NCBI GenBank assembly: GCA_030704615.1
Contig: CM060733.1
Coordinates: forward strand, 62,682,001 to 62,746,000
Direction: 5' to 3'
DNA from: Takakia lepidozioides
Taxonomy: Eukaryota; Plantae; Bryophyta
Length of the DNA stretch: 64,000 nucleotides
The translations under genes were made by a program, and so were the position numbers. Below the pieces are notes generated by a model, which searched no databases, had not been told where the DNA came from, and saw nothing but the letters and a program-made list of their open reading frames with translations. This document shows positions 11,301 through 23,606 of this stretch, one piece after another (the stretch's first letter is position 1; each line of letters begins with the position of its first letter).

Positions 11301-13593
11301 TGTTGCATCCACACAGGATGTGGCTAGACGATGGAGCTTCTCCAATGTCATCGTGGGCTTCAGAGCGCGAGAGTAGTGCTTCCCCACCTCCACCAGAAAG
11401 TCGGCACCAAGGGCGGGATCAGCTATGGCCACGTACTTTACCATCCGCAACTTGTACTTTATGCGGGCCCTCACCTCCGCAGCTTTGACATACGATTCGA
11501 GTGCCGGGAGGGTTGGATTCTTCTCCTCTGACTCCATGTAGAACCTCCGCGCATGTGCCAAATCCTGCTGTATTTTCGTCTCTCAAGAATGCGCACATAA
11601 GATTAGAGATCCTGCTCAACACAATTTCTTCTATTGGGGGAGGAGATTAGAAATCACGGTGAAGACCTTTTCTTCTATCGGGGGAGGAGAGACAGATTAG
11701 CTCAACAAAACTGTCAGGAGCTTTACCCGAAATATGTAGTCCACCATGGCGTCGACGCTTAGCCTATACCAGGTTCTGTATGCCTTTGCCTCCGACTTGC
11801 GCAGGAGGTCGGCATTGAGGGAATTGGCAAACTCTTGCACCCCCTGCTTCCCGACATCCTTCACTCGGAAGAGCATATGGGACAAGTTGGTGGCAATGAA
11901 GGCATTCTCAGTCACCCTGCAGTGCAACATTTCCATCAAACAATACTGAAATGGGAATTTTCATCATATATGAGGATTTGCAATGAAATGACTGCCAAAT
12001 TCAAAGTCCAAAAGCGAGAGGCGTTGTAACTTACGAGTTGATGTCCGCCATTGCAGCTTTGAGAAGACTGCGATCTTTGGGCCCCGCAACCTTCAGCACA
12101 ACACACTCCACGGCGAAATGCCAATCGAGGTCATTGGGGTGGGCTTGGGCAATGTGCTCCATCCATGCCAGGAGGCGATGATTGCCGTCCCACACGTAGA
12201 ACATCTTACCGGACAAGTGCTGGAAAAGAGGATCACTAGCAATCGATCTCTCGAATTCCTCATTTCGCGTTTGCCAATGGGGACCCCATTTGTCAACCTC
12301 ATCGGAAGTGTGGGCACGGGAAGCTCCGTGGTCGTTCTCAATGGAAACGTAAAACGCGGCTGACCCCATTCGATATCCATCCCGGAAAGAGAATTTCAGC
12401 TTGTCGATATCGCCTGGGAGGGCAGGTCTCACCACCTGCAATGACACCAAGCGGCAAAGGGGAATTCGAAGCTTGGCCGGGTATACCATGCCCCCAGCAC
12501 CCTGCCAATGTTGTTGTGGGTTGCCTCCAACATCTTGGCAGCGGCCAACTTCATATCCGCCTCCGACATGACGTCTGCTGCAGAGGGGTTTTCCGGCAGC
12601 CCACCAGGACCGCCAAATCCAGCCTGTATGCTCCGGGTTTGGGGCCTGGGGATGTCCGGGAGGATGTCATCCTGGTCAGAAAGCTCCCTGTCGTCCTCCT
12701 CAACAGGGTCAGCCACATGCGAAACCACCTCCAGCACTCTCCCCATCTCTACTGCCCTCTCCCTGGCTTCACCTCGAACTTGCACAATCCGTGCTCTTTC
12801 CGGTGTTCTTTCCTCTCCTCCACTCTCCACCGTATGGGTAATTGCAGGGGCTGCTCTTGCCCGCGATGGTCTAACCGGTGTGTTGCTGCCTCTTTGTGGT
12901 GTCTTGGAGGGATCCACCGTCTCTGTGCGTCCTATTCTGTCGTACTCTCGCTGCAGGTCCACCCGTCCACCAACAAAAGGTTGAAGTTTGCCCTTTCGCT
13001 CCAAGGTGGGCGGTTCAAACATGCGATGAGTTGCAGCAGTCGATGATACCACCAGCATGCCGGGCTTGTCGTCACTCTGTCATTCCCAAAATCGTGAGAA
13101 CCAACATCGGTGCCAAAACCAGCATCGCAACCACCATAGCAACAATCGTGTAACAAAAATGAAAACATAACAAGTTTAGGAAGTATGGAGAGCCATGCAA
13201 CAACAATGAAAACAAATGCAACCATTGCCTGAGAATGACATGCACAAGCAGCCTTCTCCAGAGCTGCCGAATTTGCACACACATTGCAAACAATCTAAGG
13301 TTCACTCAACTATCTAAGGTTCACTCATCCAGCGAAGCCAGGATGAAGATGCAAAAACAAAGCGAGGCAACAAAGCGAAAGCGAAATCGAACAAAGCGAA
13401 AGCAGAAGTGGCTTGCCTGAGAGTACTCGGCTTCAATTGGCGCGGGTTGTGAGCAAGACACTGGAATCTCCTGCTGGAGCTTCAGTTTGGCCATGCGAGA
13501 GATTGGCCGTCGTCCGTAGTACAGAGCTTTCAACTTCCGCCGCGGTCTGGATGTGAGGTCTCTCTCAGGAGAGCCACGCCCTTCAGGCGACAT
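8326..13593 (-). pseudogene. Multi-exon ParB-like / N6-adenine-N4-cytosine methyltransferase-like cargo gene (copy A1)
   Basis: About 9 exons with GT-AG junctions, e.g. AACTC|gtaagt ~12035, ATEK|gtgat ~11295, GQS|gtaagt ~8965, CGTG|gtaagc ~8613. ParB/Srx motif FYVWDGNHRL at ~12175-12200. MTase-like motifs ILLDIPD (~9215) and RSPAFIQTLMETCSDVQGRILDLTCGTGASMWAGTLSDRHVFAFEPD. Frameshifts at G runs (~12490, ~9260) and a mutated acceptor at ~10090. The first exon (13418-13593) is tentative. Confidence 0.7.
10180..10705. repeat. Intronic 95-bp tandem repeat (4 units) with internal hairpins and GGCGCC core
   Basis: AATGGCGCCGAATTT cores at ~10336, 10431, 10526 and 10621 (95-bp period), plus flanking partial units. 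Confidence 0.9.
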
Positions 13594-13785
13594 AAGTCCC
13601 AGCCAAAATGGAAAAAGATCTTTTTGGGGTACATGCCTCGAATAGCATATTAAGCCAAGATTAGCATCAGATTTAGGGTACGTATCCAGGAAGCCATGTG
13701 TCGCCAGCCCGAATGAAAACGGACGGCGGTGGACATTTATTGCCCAACTGCGCAATTAAATGTCGGATGAAGCCTTCCATGTGGC

Positions 13786-15329
13786 ATTATGGTGGCATTA
13801 TCGTTTCCTCCAGTTCGGCGACTATATGCGGGAGGTGAGTTGCACGAATTCGCGTCCCGTTGAATATTATTCTTGGCCATATTTGTAACTTGTTTGTAAC
13901 CTCAACATGTGCTTGTCTAGGAAATGTGTCTCGACTCCGACACCGACATGCCCACGACAAACATGGCCGAATAAGTGCACTCTTCCTGGCATGCCTCCTT
14001 TGCGGCGCATCTGGTGGACATCCTCACTGCCACAACGGAGGACATTGTGAGGTCAATTATGCAGCAAAGCAGGTACATCGAGTTCTTGAAAGGGAAACAG
14101 TGGGGCTTGGGGCCGGACAGGCAGGAAATGCTGATGCGGACTGCCTCTAGATCGAAGAATCCTCGGAAGTGGGTGGCGGCCTTGCGAGAGGGCCTTCGGG
14201 ACACGCCATTGCTGCGAAGAGGCCAACATTTGGAAGGAGATGTTCATACCCGTCCAGTGAGACGAAAACTTGACGAGGCACCTGGCGGAAAAGATGATTC
14301 ATGGCGAGCTGACAAGAATATTCGCACGCTCCCTCGTGGTCCGGTGATGTTGCCCGAGGAGGTCTCGTCGAGCACCACAAGTCCTGCACGTTCAAGATCG
14401 CCATCTCCTTTGAGCACAGGGCGCGTGCCCCGGCAACATAACGAGCCATCTGTAGTAAAGCAGTACAACATTCCCATTGTGGACACAAGAGTGTCGGAGT
14501 CACAGTGGAGAATTGCGAGGACATTGCCGGCATTTCGAGGGAAGTGCTGCGCCATCCGGGTGGATACGAGAGCACGCTGTGGTTAAATGATTCAGAGGAA
14601 CCCACACGGTGCTGTACCTGCACCTTGTTTCAACGGCAGATTTTTTACGCCCACGCCACAACGCAGACATTTTGGTTCTGTAGGCACGACATAATGACCT
14701 GTGTATTTGGCAAGCCCAAGTACGGGATTCAGGGAATGCCGGAGCCTCCAGGCGTCGGGCCTGTTGCACCGGGTTGTAGCCTCTCTCAGAATGAGGCGGA
14801 TGCTCTATCTGCAGCAAGATTTCAAATGGTGCAACGCACAGACAGCCCGGCCCACGCATTTCCGGTTCCTCAGACCCAGCCATTGCAGACAGCTCGGTCC
14901 AGTAGAGACGGATTGGACAATTCTGCACATCCCACAATGCGATTCGGAAGAGTGAAGAAACGACACTCTCCCAACAAGTTGAATGAGACTCGGATTGCCA
15001 ATGCTCTTGGGATGGCTTGCACTATTCAGAGCTCCGTGGACGTACCCCCACCCGGCCTTGGGCGTGTGTATCGGATGACAACGGCCGGCTTGGCTGTACG
15101 CGACGATGTATACACAATTACGATTGGAGTGGAGCCGACTTGCAATTGTACGGACTTCTCGTTGATGGAAGCAAAGAAGGGTTCGAAGTATTATCCGTGC
15201 AAGCATCTGTATTACATTTACCTGAAGAGGTTGAGGATGAACGTGACTATTGATGACTTTATTCATGCACCGGCGTTGAGCGTGAACGAGCTGCACAAAC
15301 TCCTCCTTAGGGATTCCAGAAATCATTGA
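13786..15329 (+). pseudogene. 3' part of a Mutator-like transposase with C-terminal SWIM zinc finger (5' portion deleted)
   Basis: WWHYRFLQFGDYMRE|gtgag, then MPTTNMAE*VHSSW (catalytic E region, premature stop) and CNCTDF...CKHLYYI (SWIM). Colinear with the transposase at 38783-40360. Confidence 0.8.
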
Positions 15330-15469
15330 TGGGGCAAAGGGAATCCTCCATATGGATATTTTCAATTGCATTTTGCTGTATCAGACTTTTTTTTGCAGTG
15401 TAATGAAATGCACCCCAAAACTCCTAGAATGAGGCAATATTCCATTCAAACTGAGATCCAACAGAAACA

Positions 15470-15790
15470 GTTGTGGGGCCATTTCTGGAAAAATGGCGCC
15501 GAATTTCTCTTTTCGGGGCCGAAAACTGGCTAAGTCCCAACATGCACTGGTACCTGTGTCTGGGAAAATGGCGCCGAATTTCTCTTTTTTGGGCCGAAAA
15601 CTGGCTAAGTCCCAACATGCACTGGTACAGTGTCTGGAAAAATGGCGCCGAATTACCTGTCATGAGGGGACCTATAGCCGCGGAATTCGGCACCATTTTT
15701 CGCCAGAAAGACCTATTACCGCGAAATACGTCGCCGTTTTTTCAGGTTACGGACCCTATTACCGCGAAATTCGGCGCCATATTTGCACAT
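15470..15790. repeat. Subterminal repeats (~74-bp period) containing AAATGGCGCCGAATTT
   Basis: Three tandem units from ~15485 plus inverted degenerate copies at ~15685 and ~15770. Confidence 0.8.
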
Positions 15791-17739
15791 GTCGCTGGGA
15801 ATTGGCATGAGCGGAAGACAAAATATCATGAGCACAACTGTCAAAACTACAATTTTCCCTTCAAGGGGCCGAATAATATATTTGTTTTTCCTGACACATT
15901 GCTTTAAATTAATGTTTTTAATGTTTGTTTTTATTGTTTTTTATTTTTGAAATTTGTACTTCTGCTCATGAAAACCGATTGTCTTACTACTCCGCTCATG
16001 CCGCTCATGCTCATGAAATAGCTAACCTCCGCCTAGGCCCCCGAGCCGCCTATGGCCGGGACATGCTTTAATCCCTTTACAAAGCACCTGCCGAGCCTAG
16101 GAAGAAAGGGGAAAATCTTCCTCTCCCAATGTCCTCCTTTACCGAGTGCTTAAGTTCAAGTCATCTCTGATGGAAGGGCCAACGCTTCCTACCCCAGTGC
16201 CTAAAATACTATGTCTTAGCAAATGAGTGGCCAAAATACCTATCATAATCCAATAGGTTCACCAAGTTCAATAAGGTGGTTATAACCCCTCAACTCAATA
16301 AGTTCAATCAGTTTAATCAACGCCCTTCAGGCTATAACGTGCACCACGTGCATCTATCCTATTTAAGCAATTTCACAAATCAGAAATGCTGGAAAATAAA
16401 ATAAATTAAGAAAATCAGGAAAAATACCTCCCCTATGGGAAATCATGTGGGGAATCCAAAGATATCCTTGGCGCCTAAAGATGCCCTTGGGAACCCAATG
16501 AGAACCGAGGAACATCCGGGAACCGTTCCCTGCCGCGGGGAACTGCCGTGGCCCTATCGGATGAATGAATCTTGCTGAGAGCTCATCCCTGGCACTACAT
16601 TCGTTAGTCCAGAACATGCATGCGTAAATAATAAAATAACCACTAGTGGGTCCAAGCCAGATTTCACCCCTTTACATTATTTTAAGGCGCTGGTGCGCTT
16701 TCCCTCCGTGGAAAAAGTCATCCCCTACCTTGGGCTCTGATACAAAGGCGCACTGTAGCCGAGTTTTCAGGACAGAGTATTTTCTCTCATCCCTTGTCTC
16801 TCGAGGTCTCCGCCTCTAGCTCACTGCTTACAGACCCGCTTGGCTCTCTCTTGGAGTCATAAGAACGCTCCCCTCCAAGGCTACGTCCTCCCAAAATCCT
16901 AGATTTTATCTACCACTGGCGCCTTAGATAATGGCTCCTAACCCTTAGAGGGGTATAAATTGAATCTAATAGCTAAAGGTAAGAATACCCCTCTTTAAGG
17001 GAATTTGCAGACGCATTGCCTGCTGGGTAAAACGCCCCCGCCACGTGGCGGGGCGCATATCGCGCGTAGCGGTCCAAGCCGTGGACCGCTACGGTTAACG
17101 CCAGCGTCCACCGGTCTGTCTCAGCTTTTGGTTATCCCGCGGGTAAAGACCCGCACCCTGCTCGCACGCTTCAGGGCCTCACGCCTGAGCCACGCGGCTG
17201 ATGTACTTGATCTCAGTACGACTTAAGGTCAGTGCTGGGGCCTCGCTCCCCGTACGTCGTGGCTAGGCCACGGCTGCCTCCACGCTTTTAGTAATCGAGT
17301 GCCTACTCTCTAGGCGCAGCACCCGGGCTCCTCCCGGGCTGCTCGCGACCTTGGGGCAGCTGTTGTCCAGCGGAATAATTAGCCCGCCCAAACCCCAAGA
17401 CAAAAAAAATACAACCCACCCTCCCCTAGGCCTCTATGGCTTGCTAGTGGGGGGGGGGGGGGGGGGGGGATTAGCACATAGTGGCCTTATAGTGGCCTTA
17501 TATCATAGATCCAGCCTAGTGGCCTGCCTTTGCCAGAGCTGGCTATATTTCAAATTAGTAATCAAACACAAAGATTCATTCTTCAAACAATTCAAATACA
17601 AGCCTCTATTGGTACCCTTTCCAATAGGCTATGGGGTTCTTCCCCTTGTCAATTGTGGACATGAAATAGTGGGATTCCACAATGCACTCTCCTCTTTTGA
17701 AGAGCCTAAATCAGATTTTCAACTTCACCAGGGCTGCCA

Positions 17740-18975
17740 GGCGGAAGATGTGAAAACAAACTAAAAAAACGAAGAAAACCGAAAGAGGAAGGGGCGGAAC
17801 CTGAGAGTGCTCGGCTTCAGTTGGTGTGGGCTATGAGCAAGACAATGGAATTTCCTGCTGGAGCTTAAGTTTGGCCATGCGAGAGGTTGGACGTCGCCCG
17901 TAGTACAAAGCCTTCAGCTTCCGCTGCGGTCTGGATGTGGGGTTTCTCTCAGGAGAGCCACGCCCTTCTCCACGCGGCATAAGTCCCAGCAAAAGAAAAA
18001 AGATCTCGCAGTATGTGTGCGTACATGCCTCGAATAGAAGTTCATCCAAGTTTAACATCAGGTTTCCAAGGCGTATCCGGGAAGCAAGCGCGGAATCCCT
18101 GTGTCGCCAGCCCGGTTCAAAACCGACGGCGGAGGACATTTAATGCGCAACTACGCCATTAAATGTCGTAGGTATGGAGGTCGGTCACAGGCGCCCACCC
18201 CCCCTGAGACTTCGTCAATCGCCCGCTGGATGGAAAAAATCGGCGCCGAATTTCCATCCAGCGGATGAAGTATGACGCAACGAGGCCATCCATCCGCCCG
18301 AGCCGTTCTCATCCAGGAGACGCCGGATGGAAATCCGGCGACGCATTTCCATCCTGCAGGTAATTCGGAGCGCGGCCCGAGGAATTTCCATCCTGGAGGT
18401 AACTCGGAGCGCGGCCGGATGGAAAAATGGCGCCAAATTTCCATCCCAGAGGTAATTCGGAGCCCGGCCGGATGGAAATCTGGCGCCGAATTTCCATCCG
18501 CCAGGTAATTCGGAGCGCGGCCGGATGGAAAAACAGCGCCGAATTTCCATCCCAGAGGTAATTCGGAGCGCGGCCGGATGGAAATCCGGCGCCCGAATTT
18601 CCATCCCACAGGTAACACGGAGAGAAGCCGGATGGGAAACCGGCGCCGAATATCCATCGTGCAGGTAATTTGGTCCACCTCATCGATGGAAAACCGGCAA
18701 CGAATTTGTCTTTAGCGGACCAGAATGGTGGGAATAACGTGCCAAATGTGGCCTGTAGGCAAAAAACGCCAAGTTTAGTGTGTAACCTGACAAAAAAACG
18801 CGAAAAACTTGATGCAAGGACTAAAAATTGTTGAAGAAGTGCCGATACGGGCTTCATTCAACGGGCCTCGGCTGGAAATTCGGCGCCGTTTTTCCATCCG
18901 GGGGATGTTCTTTGTCGGCCATGTGTCGGCCTCTCCCTCCGAGACGACTTCATCCAACGGGCCTTGGATGGCTGT
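17740..18975. mobile_element. Internal fragment of the same transposon family: putative first cargo exon plus ~53-bp palindromic array
   Basis: 17800-18165 matches 13398-13765 (RKLKALYYGRRP.SRMAKLKLQQEIP). 18230-18900 holds repeats of GGATGGAAA..GGCGCCGAATTTCCATCC. Confidence 0.8.
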
Positions 18976-20290
18976 GGGCATGTAAACACAACCAACAAAG
19001 AGGTCCTTTGTACTCATGCCGCCCTTCAAATTCAGTTTTAGCCAAATACTATGCTCGTACCTCAAACCCTTGTTGATAATTTCACAATTGTCAAACAAGA
19101 AATCACGGACAAAGAATCCGACCCCTTTTTTACCGCATTTGGCAGAGGCTGCCTTGAGAGTACACATCTTACCTGCCCATTTATAACCAATGACATCTCC
19201 AACCAGTTTATCCGACGTTTCCCATGTTTCTTGCCCAACACAGATATGAATATCATTAGTCCGAAGAACTTGTCCCACTTCAAGTAGTTTCCTTTGGTTG
19301 GTCAACCCTGAGAAGTTGAAAGTGGCCAGCCGCAAGCCAGCCCTTTGCGTGTGAATTGTTTGTCGTCTAGGTAGCTTGTGATTGCTCCTGGACGGCCAAC
19401 CGTTCTGCAAAGGGGGGACAGTTACCCCATGTGTAGATTTTGCTCGTCTTGTGTAAACTTTGAGAATTGGTAAACCATTCAGGGTACCAAATCTTTCAGT
19501 TACATGACGCACAGGCTCCGCACACATAGGGGCAGATTGTCCGTCAGACTGCTTGGGGACAATTACCCCGTGTATAGATTTTGCTCGTCTTGTGTAGACT
19601 TTGAGGATTGGTAAACCATTTAGAGTACCAAATCCTTCAGTTACACGACGTTCAGGCTCTGCACACTTAGGGACAGACTGTCCATCTGACGGCTTGGGGA
19701 CAATTACCCCGTGTATAGAATTTGTTCGTCTTGTGTAAACCTTGAGGATTGGTAAGCCATTCAAAGTACCAAATCCTTCAGATTCAGGACGTTCAGGTTC
19801 CGTACACTTAGGGGCATCTTGTCTTTCTGGCTGTTTGGATTCAACCTCATCCAGAGCATCAAACCGATTAGAAACTCTTAAGTTGAAGTTGTTGCCCTTG
19901 GTTGTCTTCCTAGAGCGCCCCATTGAATCACCACTGTCTAAGACCGCTCTCCAGCCAGTCAAGGGACGAACTTCTTTGAGATTGAATTGATGCGGGACTC
20001 TATTAGAAGCACTTTTGGTCATTGCAACCTTCAACGTACCCTTGTTATCAAGTCTCGAGATGGTACCATTAGCCATGAAATCCAAGCCTAAGCTAGAGCA
20101 TGTAGTTTTAAAGGACACATCGTCCATCCTGGGATTCACCCCAAAAACTACACATGAAGCCCTAGATTTGGCATAAGTAACCAATTCCCAGGGATCACCC
20201 TGAGGAGTGTTGATGTTGATAGGAGCTAAAATTTTTATTATTTTCGCAGGCCATAAGTTTAAGCACAGGAACCAACCCGAGCCCAAGTGC
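18975..20290 (-). mobile_element. LINE-like non-LTR retrotransposon fragment (linker plus N-terminal half of APE endonuclease)
   Basis: GLRLATFNFSGL...DIHICVGQETW...KKGVGFFVR...SIWLKL...FVGCVYMP. The upstream region has SNRFDAL and three 120-bp (40-aa) tandem repeats. Truncated by fusion to transposon repeat DNA. Confidence 0.75.
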
Positions 20291-20589
20291 CGAGTATGCT
20301 AGACAGAGCATATGACTGCCCAATTTGGGCGGAGGGGCTGCCCCCAAGCGGTAGGAGTCCGCTTGTTACCATTCAGAGATCACACTCCAGGGAGTTGCAG
20401 GGAATGGCCCGTGTAGGCATATTCTAAAGAGGGAAAGGCCCCAAGCTTTCCAACTAAATCCAATGCACTACCTTACCTGAAGCAAAGCGCTTCAGGTCGA
20501 AACAAACAAGGACACGAGGTCACAAGGCCGGCATTTAGTCACAGAGACATTAATGTACTCCCGTTTCAAGTCCACCCAATGTCAATAGG

Positions 20590-21960
20590 GTTCCTAGAGG
20601 ACAGTAGTATAGAGAACAGCAAAATTGGGCGTTTTCGAAACTTTCAAGACTTCGCTACCGTTCCCACACGACAACATGACCAATCTTTTGCGGCCATCGA
20701 TGACCGCTCCGTGTCTACTAAAAAACATCGTCCGCAAAATGAGGTCGACTCCATCTACCTCACAAATTGTGAAGTCCTCACGTCCTTCCCAACTTCTTAG
20801 TTGGAGAAGGACATTGAACGTCACTCTCATGACCACTTGTGGCTCTCCTTTGGCAGAGCACACTTCAATAGAGGCCCCCACGTCAATTTTCCGGAGGCCC
20901 AACTTCCGCGCCGTTGCCGGTGTCATGAAGGAGTGTAACGCTTTTGTGTCCATCAACAACAAAATGTTAATTCCAAAAATTTCCCACTTATGAACATTAA
21001 CCGGCTTTTGCTATGTAATGCTCCCACTTCCTGGTACAACTCACAAGTGTAGCTACCTACCTTGCAAGTTTGGGCAACCGCTTCCACAAAACGGTTGATC
21101 GAGTCTTCCGACAGCTCCGTGGTCACTCGTGAGGTCATGTTCAGTTGCCTTGGATTCGGGACCTTTTGGCCATGTGCCCTGTCTTTCCACAATTAAAACA
21201 CATTGCATCTGATTTTCTTTCGGAGCACAAGGTGTTGCCTTGGCGTGCGAAGGTGTTCATTTTGCTTTTCAAGCGCCATTGTCGTCGCATGGCCTATCCC
21301 ACTCTTTTCCGATCGAGTGGAATCACCATCCCACCGGATCATCTTGTGGTTCAGTTTTGTATGGCTTGGTCTTTCACCCCTAGGTACATCCAAGAAGCAT
21401 TCAGCTATTTCAATTGCCTCATTCAAAGTCTTTGGTGGCCTCTCCGACAACTTCCGCCTGACCCATGTAGCCAGTCACGCAACAAAGTTAAAGACCAATT
21501 CTGATTCCGCCATGTCTGCATTTTGAGCAGCAACACATTGAAAGCCTGAACATAATCCCGAATGTCATCTGTCTACTTTAAGTTCCTCATCTTGTCCCGG
21601 GCGAGCCATGACGCATTGAGATGCACGAATTGTTTTAATTTATGAGTTCCTTGAAGGGATTCCAACTCATTGACTTTGGGGTGGGTCCTTGGTCTTAAAG
21701 GCGCTTCTGCCACCATTGTTGGGCATAGCCCCTCAAATAGGTGGGAGCCACTTCTACTCGGTCCTCGTCACTCAACTTCGCCGCTCGGAAATAATGTTCC
21801 AACTCCAACAGCCAAATATTGAACGTCTTCCAATTCCAGACACCTTCAAAAGTGTCGGGTTTCTTTTGTTTTACCTTAAACTTTGTCTTTGTGGAAATGA
21901 CATTGGTGGCCTTCACAACGTCCTTCAGGGTCCCACCGAATTGAGCCAACAACTTTTCCT
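20590..21960 (-). pseudogene. Degenerate Ty3/Gypsy gag-protease remnant
   Basis: KPDTFEG...WLLELEHYFRAAKLSDEDRVEVAPTYLRGYAQQWW and LLMDTKALHSFM. A close but decayed homolog of 42881-44270. Confidence 0.85.
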
Positions 21961-22659
21961 CTTCTTATTTGTTTTTCCTTTTGGTCCCAGCAGTTCTTTC
22001 CATTTTCCACTAGCAGTATGAAGCACCACTTTCTTGCCCTCTATACCTCATGATACAAGGGAGATTCTACTGTCTATTCCTTGGAACCCAAATCTGTTAT
22101 AAAAGTGTTCTATACCTTTTTCCATTTTGTGCCATGAGAAATGCTTGGGAGCTTATGTCCAGGAGGGTTACCTTTGGGTTGCTCATGCGTGTGTGTTTAG
22201 ATGCAAGACAGTAGTTGCTTATGGGCTGTTTATGGATGTGGTTTTGTCTCTTCTTGCTTGTGGGTTTCCCTTGGTCTCATAAGCTTTTGAGCTCTTCACA
22301 ATGATTTTGAAGGACCGTTTCATTTCATATCATGTTTTGTTCTCTGATTTAGACCAGTGTACTTGGTGGTTCTTGTACACATTATCAACCAATCTCCCTT
22401 CTGTGTTTGATTTACTGACACCTTGGTCTGAGCATGACAAAAGGTTATCAAATATGTTCCTGATTGAAGTGATGAACCCAAGGCAATGGGAAGGCCAAAG
22501 CCATGAGATATCAGCCTCCTCTACCGCCATGACCATGGTGTGGAGCAAGCAAGTCCTTCTGTGGGGTACCCTTAATTTTGCGCAAACTTACAGATGATAG
22601 ACTTAGGCCACACAGATTTAGGGGTGGTAGACAGGCTCACACAGTCAAGTTATGGCTTA

Positions 22660-22845
22660 TCACAGCCCGACACAGCTTTGCACAGCCAGTCACAGCCCGA
22701 CACAACACGACACAGCTCGACACAACTTTGCACAGCCAGTCACAGCCCGACACAGCACGATACAGCCCGACACAGCTTTACACAGCCAGTCACAGCTTGA
22801 CACAGTCACAACCCAACACAGTTTGGCACAGCCCGTCACAGCGCA
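22660..22845. repeat. 10-bp minisatellite (CACAGCCCGA / CACAGCCAGT variants)
   Basis: About 18 consecutive 10-mers beginning CACA(G/A)C. Confidence 0.9.
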
Positions 22846-23248
22846 CGGAGGGAACGGTTATCATTAGCAGGGAACTATTGTGTGGGAACGACATCTGCAA
22901 AGGGAACGTGTTACTTCAAGGGTGACAGTTAGTTAGTTAGGCGGTTAGAACAACTTGCAGGTAGATGAGGCAGAGCAGCACCTGGGAGGGGATCACTTCA
23001 CGGGGAGCGCTTCTTGGTCATGTATGGGAGGAGATCAGGCGGAGAGCAAGAACGGAAGCAAGGGTGGAGAGCATGGTGAAGGAGGAAAGATGAACAGTAG
23101 ATGCTTGTTACATGCAAAGCTGTAGTGATACTGTAGGGCAGATTAGAGTCACCATGGCATTGGCCTGATACCTGATAAATCATAATCTGATATTTATTCG
23201 ATACAAACACACTGTGTAGAGAGACATGAGTGAAGCTGTGGAATGAAT

Positions 23249-23606
23249 GGATGAGTGAATGGAACTTGATAGATACTGAAGCAATCTGATGCTTCAGTAT
23301 ACACAGTAAGGTAAAAAAAAATACAAATAGGAAGAACAACCATGATTCACTAGCTGTAGGTCATAACTGATTGTTCTGAGCGGGCTGAGTGCTTAGAGAT
23401 ATCCAACTCTTATATCTTGGAGTTTCCACCTCGGATAGCGAAGGGATGGGTGAGTAAAAGCCGCTCGACAAGTGGGCCGTGGAGAGACCACACGAGCTCG
23501 AATTTTTGCTGTATATAAGGCAGCTGGAAAGAGAGGTCGAAAAGGAGCCGAGTCAGGATTGGGTTAAAGGGATCTTGGAGCGATATCAAGATGTGAGGTC
23601 GGAGGA
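23249..23606. mobile_element. LTR end (minus, 23249-23470) abutting a Gypsy protease-RT linker fragment (plus, 23471-23606)
   Basis: Reverse-complement match to 7287-7530. 23471-23606 matches 44285-44420 (WAVE...DW(V/I)KGILE.YQDV). Confidence 0.7.

Larger units (their letters stand above)
7531..16030. mobile_element. TIR DNA transposon, Mutator-like, subfamily A copy 1 (8.5 kb, non-autonomous, carries the ParB-methyltransferase-like cargo)
   Basis: Left end GGGGGCTGCTATTTCATGAGCGGCATGAGC; right end in reverse complement GGAGGTTAGCTATTTCATGAGCATGAGCGGCATGAGCGG. Both have reiterated CATGAGC. Contains a transposase remnant with SWIM and divergent cargo genes. The left half is duplicated inverted at 57790-61784. 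Confidence 0.85.

Noticed and set aside
8326-13593. Bacterial or phage contamination as the source of the ParB-MTase
   Set aside because: The gene has GT-AG introns conserved between subfamilies, lies within eukaryotic TIR elements and is nested with plant retrotransposons.
7529-16032. 2-bp GC target-site duplication for copy A1
   Set aside because: Two bases can match by chance, the terminal G run differs between copies (5 vs 6), and the right flank does not continue the LTR homology seen at 23249, so the flanks may not be one original site.
16031-17735. Defined LTR continuing from 7287
   Set aside because: It looks LTR-like (TATA-like motif, TGTCCAGCGG start at ~17364) but has no second copy, PBS or PPT in the window to set boundaries.
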